Made by a program: the position numbers and the translations under genes
Assembly: GCA_022840695.1 (NCBI GenBank)
Contig: JALHDC010000001.1
Coordinates: 2,516 to 66,515, forward strand
Direction of reading: 5' to 3'
DNA from: a bacterium
GTDB taxonomy: Bacteria > Patescibacteriota > Dojkabacteria > SC72
DNA length: 64,000 bases
Notes under the pieces: model-generated
Database searches by the model: none
The model's input: only the letters and a program-made list of their open reading frames with translations
What the model was told of the DNA's origin: nothing
In this document: positions 9,684 through 17,483 of the stretch, one piece after another
Position numbering within the stretch: position 1 is the first letter of the stretch
How the letters are laid out: every line of letters begins with the position of its first letter

Positions 9684-11558
9684 CTACTTAAACAATGTCT
9701 CAAACTCATCTCCAGTCACAACTTCTTTCTCAAGAAGGATATCTACTAATTTTTTAACATATTCCTTCTTTTCATTTAACAAATTTTTTGCATCTACATA
9801 TGCCTCGTCAATTAATCTTTTAACCTCAAAATCTATCATTCTTGCAGTATCTTCACTATATTCTTTCCCTCCACCATATGAATATCCCAAATGCTTTGTT
9901 TCTTCTAAATCCCCGTACTTAACCATACCTAACTTCTCACTCATTCCGTAATCCATTATCATTTCTCTAGCAATATTAGTGATTTGTTGAATATCGTTAG
10001 AAGCACCTGTAGATATATCTCCTAGGAAAATCTCCTCAGCTACCCTACCACCAATCCCCGTTCTTAACCAAGCCAACATTTGCTTTCTGTAAAGGAACTT
10101 TCTATCTTTCTCTGGTAAATATACGGTAACTCCACCACTTGCACCCCTGGATATTACAGATATCTGTTCAACAGGATCCGCTCCAGCGGTAAATTTTGCA
10201 ACTATTGCATGCCCTGCCTCATGATATGCTGTTTTTTCAATATCCTCTAATTCTTTGTCACCCTTTTTCTTCCTTCCTAATTTAACCTTAAGGTATGATT
10301 CCATTAGGTCTTCTTGAGATATTTTCTTCCTTCCCTCTTTCACTGCCATTATTGCAGCCTCATTTAAAAGATTCTCTAAATCTGCACCCGAATATCCGAC
10401 TGTTTTCTTAGCTAAAGTATTTAAATCTGCACTCTCTTCAAATTTCTTGTTCCTTGCATGAACATCCAGTATGGCTCTCCTACCGGTAAAATCAGGCATT
10501 GGAACAACCACAGTTCTATCAAATCTTCCTGGTCTTAAAATTGCTGGATCCAAAACATCCGGTCTATTTGTAGCAGCAAGAATTATGACGTTTTCTCTCT
10601 CTTCTAAACCATCCATCTCTACCAAGATCTGATTCAATGTTTGCTCTCCAGCTCCTGAATGGAGTACTGTTCCTCTCTTCTTAGCGACTGCATCTATTTC
10701 ATCTATGAAAACTATACATGGAGATGTTCTTCTTGCTTTTTTGAAAAGATCTCTAACCCTAGAAGCACCTGCACCAACAAGCATTTCTTCAAATTCTGAA
10801 CCAGAAGTATGGAAAAATGGAACTCCTGCTTCACCAGCTACTGCCTTAGCTAAAAGAGTCTTACCAGTTCCTGGATCTCCCGCTAAAAGTACACCTCTTG
10901 GTATTCTGGCTCCCATATCTCTATATTTTTTTGGACTTTTAAGAAAATCTATTATCTCCGTTAACTCTTCTTTTACTTCCTCTATTCCTGCAACATCATC
11001 AAATGTTATCCCAGTTCTCTTTCCCATTAACAACCTGGCCTTACTCTCTCCAAAATCCAGAATTTTACCTCCAGAAGCTTGCATGTTCTTTACCATAACA
11101 TACACTAAGATTAAGGCGGCACCTAGAAATATGAATGTAAGGACATCTCCAAATGTAATACCTAATTTAGGCTCGTAAAAATCATTTTCCAAATCCTTAA
11201 CATTTATTTCAGCATTTGTAAGGACTTGATAGAAATCGGTATCTGATGGTAACAGAGCATACCTTCTAGACAAAACCTCTACCCCATCAACTTCTTTCTT
11301 GTTCTCCAAAAGCACCATATCATCTTTCAAAATGATTTTCTCATATTTTTTCTCTGAAATTTCGGTTACTATCTGACTCACAGAGACCTCTTCCCCTTTG
11401 TAATTGATTACCTTGATTAAATATATTCCTGCAGTTAAAAGTACAGAGAGGATTACAGTAGCAACCAAACTTGGTACTCCCATCTTCCTTTTAGGAATAC
11501 TTCTTATATCTATCTTAACAACTTTGCTCTCAGCATTATCTTTTTTAGATTTATCCAT
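9684..11558 (-). CDS. ftsH: ATP-dependent zinc metalloprotease FtsH
   Basis: N-terminal TM, AAA Walker A GDPGTGKTLLAKAVAGEAGVPF, second region of homology, HEXXH zinc motif HEAGHAIVA; 624 aa. Confidence 0.95.
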   Translation of the reverse strand: MDKSKKDNAESKVVKIDIRSIPKRKMGVPSLVATVILSVLLTAGIYLIKVINYKGEEVSVSQIVTEISEKKYEKIILKDDMVLLENKKEVDGVEVLSRRYALLPSDTDFYQVLTNAEINVKDLENDFYEPKLGITFGDVLTFIFLGAALILVYVMVKNMQASGGKILDFGESKARLLMGKRTGITFDDVAGIEEVKEELTEIIDFLKSPKKYRDMGARIPRGVLLAGDPGTGKTLLAKAVAGEAGVPFFHTSGSEFEEMLVGAGASRVRDLFKKARRTSPCIVFIDEIDAVAKKRGTVLHSGAGEQTLNQILVEMDGLEERENVIILAATNRPDVLDPAILRPGRFDRTVVVPMPDFTGRRAILDVHARNKKFEESADLNTLAKKTVGYSGADLENLLNEAAIMAVKEGRKKISQEDLMESYLKVKLGRKKKGDKELEDIEKTAYHEAGHAIVAKFTAGADPVEQISVISRGASGGVTVYLPEKDRKFLYRKQMLAWLRTGIGGRVAEEIFLGDISTGASNDIQQITNIAREMIMDYGMSEKLGMVKYGDLEETKHLGYSYGGGKEYSEDTARMIDFEVKRLIDEAYVDAKNLLNEKKEYVKKLVDILLEKEVVTGDEFETLFK

Positions 11559-11587
11559 CTTGAGGAAACATAATTTAATATTTTTAA

Positions 11588-11661
11588 TAGTGGGAACTGG
11601 GATCGAACCAGTGACCTTGGGTTTATGAATCCCATGCTCTAACCAACTGAGCTATCCCACC
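11588..11661 (-). tRNA. tRNA-Met (anticodon CAT); elongator-like, Ile2/lysidine type not excluded
   Basis: Revcomp folds as a cloverleaf: acceptor GGTGGGA/TCCCACT (G1-U72), D arm GCTC-AGTTGGTTA-GAGC, anticodon loop TTCATAA, T arm ACTGG-TTCGATC-CCAGT. No encoded CCA. Confidence 0.75.
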
Positions 11662-11704
11662 AGAGATTCTTCCTATTATATCAAAGGAGATGGTAAAAAT
11701 ATAT

Positions 11705-12265
11705 TTAATTAGCTTTTCCTGAATACTCTCCTGTAGATGTATTTATCTTTAAAACATCACCTCTTTTTATGAACATTGGAACTTGAAGTCTGTATCCTGT
11801 TTCCACAGTTACTTCCTTGGTTGCAGAGTTTGATGTATTACCCTTAACTGTATCTTCGGCTTGAGTAACCTCTAATTCCATGCTTGGATTCTCTTTAACT
11901 GTTAATACTTTTTCTTCGTACATCATAATCAAGTGTGTAGATCCTTCTTTGAGAAAATTAGCATACTCACCTATTACATCTTTTGATATTGGTAATGTCT
12001 CATATGTTTGATTATCCATGAAGTAGCAATTTTCATTATCCATATACAAAAATTGCATTTCCTTTGTTTCGGGATTAATATATTCAACCTTGGTTCCTGC
12101 CTTTACCGTTTCTGTTAGAACCTGACCATTATCTAAAGCTTTTTTCTTCATTATCACCAACCCCCCCTGTCTTCCCTGGGTTTTAAGCTTTCTATCTATG
12201 AGATGAAATACTCTTCCGCTCTCTAGTATATACATTCCTTTTACCGGTTGATCTGTTAATGGCAT
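11705..12265 (-). CDS. efp: Elongation factor P
   Basis: KTQGRQGG loop (EF-P KPGKG region) and C-terminal homology (YMDNENCYFMDNQTYETL, VPMFIKRGDVLKINTSTGEYSGKA). Start placed at the internal ATG (MPLTDQPVKGMYIL); the track ORF extends to a GTG at 12307. Confidence 0.88.
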   Translation of the reverse strand: MPLTDQPVKGMYILESGRVFHLIDRKLKTQGRQGGLVIMKKKALDNGQVLTETVKAGTKVEYINPETKEMQFLYMDNENCYFMDNQTYETLPISKDVIGEYANFLKEGSTHLIMMYEEKVLTVKENPSMELEVTQAEDTVKGNTSNSATKEVTVETGYRLQVPMFIKRGDVLKINTSTGEYSGKAN

Positions 12266-12332
12266 ATATTGTTGTTGAAAAGTTAATGACAGAGATGATT
12301 TTAGCACAAGAGAAGTACATTTCCAAGAGAAA

Positions 12333-12407
12333 TGGTTGCGGGGGTCGGACTCGAACCGACGACCTCCAGGTTATGAGCCTGACGAGCTTCCACTGCTCTA
12401 CCCCGCG
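12333..12407 (-). tRNA. Initiator tRNA-fMet (CAT), CCA encoded
   Basis: Revcomp CGCGGGGTAGAGCAGTGGAAGCTCGTCAGGCTCATAACCTGGAGGTCGTCGGTTCGAGTCCGACCCCCGCAACCA. C1xA72 mismatch, anticodon loop CTCATAA and strong similarity to the bacterial initiator consensus. Confidence 0.8.
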
Positions 12408-12446
12408 TTAAGAATAGTCTGATTATACTAGCAAAAACCCTTTTAT

Positions 12447-12893
12447 TCAAATACCGGTTAGGAGGAAATCTTTCCAAATATGATATCCCCCCTCCTCATT
12501 GTTTTCTTGATTCGTACCCAATATCATTTCCATATCCTTTTCTGACTCGTCTAAGACTGCTTCAGGAATTACAAATATATACTCTCTCTCTCCAGCAAAG
12601 TTCAGTCTATCTCTTGCTTGGATCTCCAAATATTCCTTACTTTGCATGGTATCTAACAGAAGTGCCAATTCTAAATTCTTTAATCTTAATTCATCTACCT
12701 CAGAACGGGCATTTTTTAATATATCTAATTTTTGAACAGTAATGTCCGCTGAGTGAATAACATTGTAGAGGAGAAAGGCTGATACAGAGAGAAGAATGAT
12801 TTTAGTTAAAAGATTGTCGAACAATTTCTTAAATGATGGACCCTGATCTTCCTGTTTTACTCTTGTCCCTTCTTTGTAAATAAATCTATCCAT
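12447..12893 (-). CDS. FtsB/DivIC-like septum formation initiator (TM plus coiled coil)
   Basis: Single TM (IILLSVSAFLLYNVI) followed by a coiled-coil region (LKNLELALLLDTMQSKEYLEIQARDRLNFAGEREYIFVIP) typical of the FtsB family. Confidence 0.5.
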   Translation of the reverse strand: MDRFIYKEGTRVKQEDQGPSFKKLFDNLLTKIILLSVSAFLLYNVIHSADITVQKLDILKNARSEVDELRLKNLELALLLDTMQSKEYLEIQARDRLNFAGEREYIFVIPEAVLDESEKDMEMILGTNQENNEEGGYHIWKDFLLTGI

Positions 12894-13024
12894 GTATAGA
12901 TATTAACAGTATGCAGATTTTAATTCAAAAGTCCTATATATTTTTATTATTGCTCTCTACCCCTCGTGGTGATATAATTTTTTCTATATACAGTAAAACT
13001 ATATAAAATTAGGAATATAGAAAA

Positions 13025-13912
13025 GTGAGCGGAATAAATAACCCAAATTTTGAGAAAAAAGCCCATGCATTTATAGAAGATTTAAAGTCAAAAGGTCGCT
13101 CTGAATCAACAGTTATTGCATACTCCAAAGATATAGAACAGTTAGTAAACTTTTTCTCCAAAGAGGGACTCGCTTCTATGGATGATGTTGCGATTGAACA
13201 TTTAGAAAAATATAAACAAAATCTACAGGATAATAACTACACCCCAAAGAGTATTTCAAGAAAAATAAATAGTACAAGAACATTCTTTAGATTTCTTTTA
13301 GAAAATTCATTAATTAAAGATAATCCTTCAGAAAAGTTGGCTCATCCTAAGTTTGAAACAAAACCTCCAAGAATCTTAACAGAGATGGAGTACAGGGCAT
13401 TGAGAGATGTTAGTAGGGTCGATGTTAGGCTTTACTCTATTGTAGAAATTTTGTTACAAACAGGGATTAGGATTGGTGAATTAGCAGGGCTTTCTTTAGA
13501 CGATGTAAGGCAATCAAAAGATGGGAAAATTGATTTTCTATATATCAAGGCTGCAGGCAGTCATCCTGCAAGGAAGGTTCCTTTGAATAAATCAGCAAAA
13601 AAAGCTATAGATGATTATATAGAGGTAAGGCCAGAAACAGAGGACGAGACATTATTTGTAACTAAGAATGGTAGACCATTATTGGTTAGAAATATAAGAA
13701 CAGCTATAGATAAGGCATTTGAGAAGGCACAGATTAAGAATGCAAAGGTTAATGATTTAAGAAATACCTTCATCGCTCATCACCTATCAAATGGTGTAAG
13801 TTTGGTTACAGTTTCAAAACTTGTTGGACATAAAAGATTATCTACTACAGAGAAATATTTAAATCTTGTTAAGATTCAAGCTGAAGATCAGAAGAGCTTA
13901 GGAGAGCTGTAA
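13025..13912 (+). CDS. Tyrosine site-specific recombinase, XerC/XerD family
   Basis: 295 aa; C-terminal catalytic region with H-x-x-R and Tyr (VGHKRLSTTEKYLNL); N-terminal core-binding domain. Probably the housekeeping chromosome-dimer resolvase, but it ends 98 nt from the 3' end of tRNA-Ile. Confidence 0.8.
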   Translation: MSGINNPNFEKKAHAFIEDLKSKGRSESTVIAYSKDIEQLVNFFSKEGLASMDDVAIEHLEKYKQNLQDNNYTPKSISRKINSTRTFFRFLLENSLIKDNPSEKLAHPKFETKPPRILTEMEYRALRDVSRVDVRLYSIVEILLQTGIRIGELAGLSLDDVRQSKDGKIDFLYIKAAGSHPARKVPLNKSAKKAIDDYIEVRPETEDETLFVTKNGRPLLVRNIRTAIDKAFEKAQIKNAKVNDLRNTFIAHHLSNGVSLVTVSKLVGHKRLSTTEKYLNLVKIQAEDQKSLGEL

Positions 13913-14009
13913 TTGATAAATATCCGATAGAATATTAAATTTCTTTGTAAATTTCGCTATAGTCATTGGTATACTAACATTTCTCAACTCACTAAAGGTC
14001 TGGAGGGTG

Positions 14010-14083
14010 TGGGAATAGGTGGACTCGAACCACCGACCACGGCTTTATAAGAACCGCGCTCTAACCACCTGAGCTATATTCCC
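14010..14083 (-). tRNA. tRNA-Ile (anticodon TAT/UAU)
   Basis: Revcomp GGGAATATAGCTCAGGTGGTTAGAGCGCGGTTCTTATAAAGCCGTGGTCGGTGGTTCGAGTCCACCTATTCCCA. Anticodon stem CGGTT/AGCCG, loop CTTATAA. No encoded CCA. Confidence 0.65.
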
Positions 14084-14117
14084 ATAACTAGATGATTCTA
14101 CCAAAATGTAATGAAAT

Positions 14118-16646
14118 TTAGAAGCCCATTGGAGGAAATCCTTGCGAAGGTTGTTCCACTTTCTCCTCTACCTTATCCAATTGAGATCTTACCCTTATAT
14201 CATCATTTACTACATTTAAATCTCTTCCATACTTTCTTCTTGATATTTCTTTCACTATATTTGCAACTTCTTTGTTTACAGGAAGATCAAATCCAGAATC
14301 TGGGTACTGTGGACCGTATAGAGTGTTAAGTGAGAAAGGAGAAGGATATATGCCATTGTTTAGAAGTTTAACATATGCATGTCCCATTCCTTGGTTAACG
14401 ATATCCATTGAACTGATATACGATTCAAATTGTGTCTCCAAAAATTCCGCATCTTCAGCACTGCATCTGAATATGAATAGCGATCCTACATTTCCAAATA
14501 CTGCATTTCTTATATCTTCTGGTAATTGCCCAATATATTGGTGAGCTAATGTAAGGTTTAATCTATACTTTCTTGCTTCTGAGAGTATAGAATTAAATTC
14601 TTCTGTAGCAAAGTTTTGGAATTCATCGGCATAGAAGAAGAAGTCTTTTCTTTCTTTTTCGTCCATATCTTCTCTACTTAGGGCAGCAGCTAACATTTTT
14701 TGGACCAAGAGTAGACCTAAGAACGACATATTTTCTTCCCCTAATCTACCTTTTGAAAGGTTAACTATTAAAATCTTGCCTGAGTCCATAACTTCTCTGA
14801 AATCGAAAGATGATTGTGATTGTCCAATTATATTTCTAATGGCTAAGTTTGTAGTGAATTTGTCAAACTTAGATATAAAATATGTAAGAGCTTCTGATTT
14901 TGTCTTTTTGTCTGTTTTAGCTACCTGATCTGTCCAATATCTACGAACCAGTTCATCCTGTATCAAGGGTAACCAATGACTCATAACCCAATCTTCATCC
15001 TGGAGTATTCTTACAACCTCTATTAAAGTAGAGTCCTTTTTAGACATAGCGGTAAGCATAGAGTTCCTTACAGCCTGTTGGAATGCTGGTCCTGCATATC
15101 CTTGGTTATGTGGATCAAAGAGACGGATGAGGAGAGCTATGAAGCTGTTCACTATTTGATGCTTATGCTGTTCATTGTAATACTCCATGATATTGATACC
15201 AAATGGTCTTTCAAAATCTCCAGCATCAAAATATATTACATCTTCTGCCCTATCCGCAGGAATTCTCTCTAATATCATTTCTGCAGCTTGTCCGTGTGGA
15301 TCTATGAAGCAGACACCATCTCCATTATGAATATCCTGAAGTATCATTCTAACCATGAGCCATGATTTACCTGTACCTGTTTGTCCAAGTATATATGAAT
15401 GTCTTCTTCTGTCATCCCTCTTAAAACAGATAGCTTTCTTTTTTCCCCTAAAGTAGTTATTCCCTACCCATATTGTATCTTTCGAATTTATATCCGAGCT
15501 TATCTCGTTACTTGCAATCAGTTCTTTTGAGAGTAACCAGTTAACATTGGGAGTAGAGATATCTTTATTTGGGAAGTGATACAGAGCTGCTAGCTCCTCA
15601 AGGTTTAAAACTGTTTTTTCATCTTCGGGTGTTCTTCTGTATATTACATCATATACAAATTTCTTTTCTTCATTTTTGGAAATTTTTCTTTTTTTCAACC
15701 TATTAACACCTGGATTACTGTATTGGTCAAAAGCCCCGATAATATTGTCTAAATGCATTTTTGCAATTCCTTTATCTGGAGCACTAGTGATTATACGAAT
15801 TTCAGCCATAAGACCCGGTTTGGAAACCTTTTTACTAATTGCCTGCAACTTCTCTTGAGAGACATTTATTCTCTTCTTTTCAGGATCTGAATTATTACTT
15901 TCAACTTTCTGCACAAACTTTTCACCATTTTTCTGCCAACTTGAATCTGTAGGAGCAATGACTATCTGTACCAAAGCTCCTTCGTCTTCAGACATTTTAC
16001 TCAAGGTACTAAGTACATTTGCCATTGGGTCTCCAGTGAAATTTTCAGCCACCCTTATTGGACAGTACGAATCTTCATCTAGACCTAATTTTGCATAAGC
16101 AATTTCAGATTTAGGTGCGAATATATTGTACTGTTTGACTATTGCTACATCAGCATCTTGGTATGATCCTAATATTTGTTTTTCAACCAAATCAGCAAGT
16201 TTTCTAGGACAATGAACAAAGAATCTGATTTCTCCAGGAAGTCCTACTATTTCAAAACTAACACTATTGTTTACACTGAATTTCTCTGCAAGACCTTCCC
16301 CTTTTCCTCCTATTCCATAGAGATTGGCAAACATTTTCTCAGCAACTCCCAACTCTACTTCATTATTTCTCGGGACTCTAACTTCCATTAATACCCCATC
16401 CATAGCTTTTTCATCTCTATCCTTCTTTTTTAATTTTTTCTGTATATACAGAAATCCAACGACTAAACCTCCTACCAAGAGAAGAAAAAATATTATCCAG
16501 CCGTATGGAATATTACGAGTTGCTTGATTGTATAAATCACCGTATGTATCTTTAGGATATTCAACATTAGAACCAGTCTCTATTTCTGGTATTTCTTTTG
16601 GTACAGGACCAATTAATTGTGAATATGTAAATTCCCCCGGATTCAT
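14118..16646 (-). CDS. Type IV secretion-type ATPase, VirB4/VirD4 (TraC/TrwB) superfamily, with N-terminal TM anchor
   Basis: 842 aa. TM IPYGWIIFFLLLVGGLVVGFLYI. Walker A ILGQTGTGKS followed by CFIDPHGQ (compare TrwB GATGTGKS...IVDPNGD). Walker B FFFYADEFQNF. Arginine finger/Q motif EARKYRLNLTLAHQ (compare VirB4 RKxN...ATQ). Walker A lies near residue 430 of 842, proportions like VirB4. Confidence 0.65.
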   Translation of the reverse strand: MNPGEFTYSQLIGPVPKEIPEIETGSNVEYPKDTYGDLYNQATRNIPYGWIIFFLLLVGGLVVGFLYIQKKLKKKDRDEKAMDGVLMEVRVPRNNEVELGVAEKMFANLYGIGGKGEGLAEKFSVNNSVSFEIVGLPGEIRFFVHCPRKLADLVEKQILGSYQDADVAIVKQYNIFAPKSEIAYAKLGLDEDSYCPIRVAENFTGDPMANVLSTLSKMSEDEGALVQIVIAPTDSSWQKNGEKFVQKVESNNSDPEKKRINVSQEKLQAISKKVSKPGLMAEIRIITSAPDKGIAKMHLDNIIGAFDQYSNPGVNRLKKRKISKNEEKKFVYDVIYRRTPEDEKTVLNLEELAALYHFPNKDISTPNVNWLLSKELIASNEISSDINSKDTIWVGNNYFRGKKKAICFKRDDRRRHSYILGQTGTGKSWLMVRMILQDIHNGDGVCFIDPHGQAAEMILERIPADRAEDVIYFDAGDFERPFGINIMEYYNEQHKHQIVNSFIALLIRLFDPHNQGYAGPAFQQAVRNSMLTAMSKKDSTLIEVVRILQDEDWVMSHWLPLIQDELVRRYWTDQVAKTDKKTKSEALTYFISKFDKFTTNLAIRNIIGQSQSSFDFREVMDSGKILIVNLSKGRLGEENMSFLGLLLVQKMLAAALSREDMDEKERKDFFFYADEFQNFATEEFNSILSEARKYRLNLTLAHQYIGQLPEDIRNAVFGNVGSLFIFRCSAEDAEFLETQFESYISSMDIVNQGMGHAYVKLLNNGIYPSPFSLNTLYGPQYPDSGFDLPVNKEVANIVKEISRRKYGRDLNVVNDDIRVRSQLDKVEEKVEQPSQGFPPMGF

Positions 16647-16708
16647 AGTAGGACAGTAGAATCTTATGATTAAAGAATATCACACAGGGATATATATATC
16701 AAAGAAAA

Positions 16709-16999
16709 CTAGAGTGGCTCGTTACCATTCATATAGTCAACAAGTGCCTCCAAAGCAACATTGTATTTTGTTTCATCGGTGGCATCTATTACAGGAAATC
16801 CTACACCCAAATCTAGGTATTTAACTTTGTCAGTATTTGGTAAAGCTTTTTCTACAAGCTCTACTCTTTCCGGTGTGATTGGAGATGTGTCGTTTGAAGG
16901 AATTTCTACTACCGGGCTTTCGACAACAGGAGTAACTCCTACTGGCAATATCTCAGGAGTAATATTTGATTGTTCTATACTAGGTGTCATATTATTCAT
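16709..16999 (-). CDS. Hypothetical Pro/Val-rich small protein upstream of the T4SS-type ATPase
   Basis: 96-aa ORF co-oriented with and immediately upstream of the ATPase gene; low-complexity N-terminus; no recognisable motif. Confidence 0.3.
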   Translation of the reverse strand: MNNMTPSIEQSNITPEILPVGVTPVVESPVVEIPSNDTSPITPERVELVEKALPNTDKVKYLDLGVGFPVIDATDETKYNVALEALVDYMNGNEPL

Positions 17000-17027
17000 A
17001 ACCTATAATATTATATCATAAACACCT

Positions 17028-17471
17028 TTATCTTTCATACTTTCTCTTCTCGTACAGCAGTTCTCTTTCCAAATCTCTCTCCTTCTCAACTCTCTTCTTT
17101 TCATAGTTCTTCTTCCCCTTACCAAACCCAACCTCTACCTTAACCTTGCCTCTTGTAGTATACACACTGACAGGAATTAATGTAAGATTTTTCTGTTTTA
17201 ATTTTGCATCTATCTGTACAAGCTCTTTTCCTGTTACTAACAATTTTCTAGATTTTTTAGAATCATAATTCATGCTGCCATCAAATTGATATTTAGGGAT
17301 ATCTCCATTTACAAGCCATAACTCTCCCCCAACTATCTTTACATATGCATCAGACAGATTAATTCTTCCAGATTTTATTGATTTAACCTCAGCTCCTGTT
17401 AATATGATACCGGCTTCAAATGTATCTAAAATTTCGTAATTGAAAAGTGCTTTTTTATTCTTTATTTTCAT
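17028..17471 (-). CDS. smpB: SsrA-binding protein SmpB
   Basis: ALFNYEILDTFEAGIILTGAEVKSIK...GRVKVEVGFGKGKKNYEKKRVEKERDLERE matches the SmpB family throughout, including the basic C-terminal tail. Confidence 0.9.
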   Translation of the reverse strand: MKIKNKKALFNYEILDTFEAGIILTGAEVKSIKSGRINLSDAYVKIVGGELWLVNGDIPKYQFDGSMNYDSKKSRKLLVTGKELVQIDAKLKQKNLTLIPVSVYTTRGKVKVEVGFGKGKKNYEKKRVEKERDLERELLYEKRKYER

Positions 17472-17483
17472 GCGAGTATTATA

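Noticed and set aside
13025-16646. Interpretation of integrase + tRNA-Ile + VirB4/VirD4-like ATPase as a bona fide integrative conjugative element
   Set aside because: The recombinase and the ATPase lie on opposite sides of the tRNA. The recombinase has the size and motifs of housekeeping XerC/D. There is no relaxase or att repeat, and smpB follows immediately. Kept only as a low-weight finding.
16761-17021. Track ORF 16761..17021 (+) and similar antisense ORFs opposite confirmed genes (for example 9646..9951, 10705..11178, 14272..14544, 26175..26567)
   Set aside because: Each is antisense to a strongly supported gene (polA, ftsH, ATPase, helicase) and lacks motifs. Treated as non-coding.
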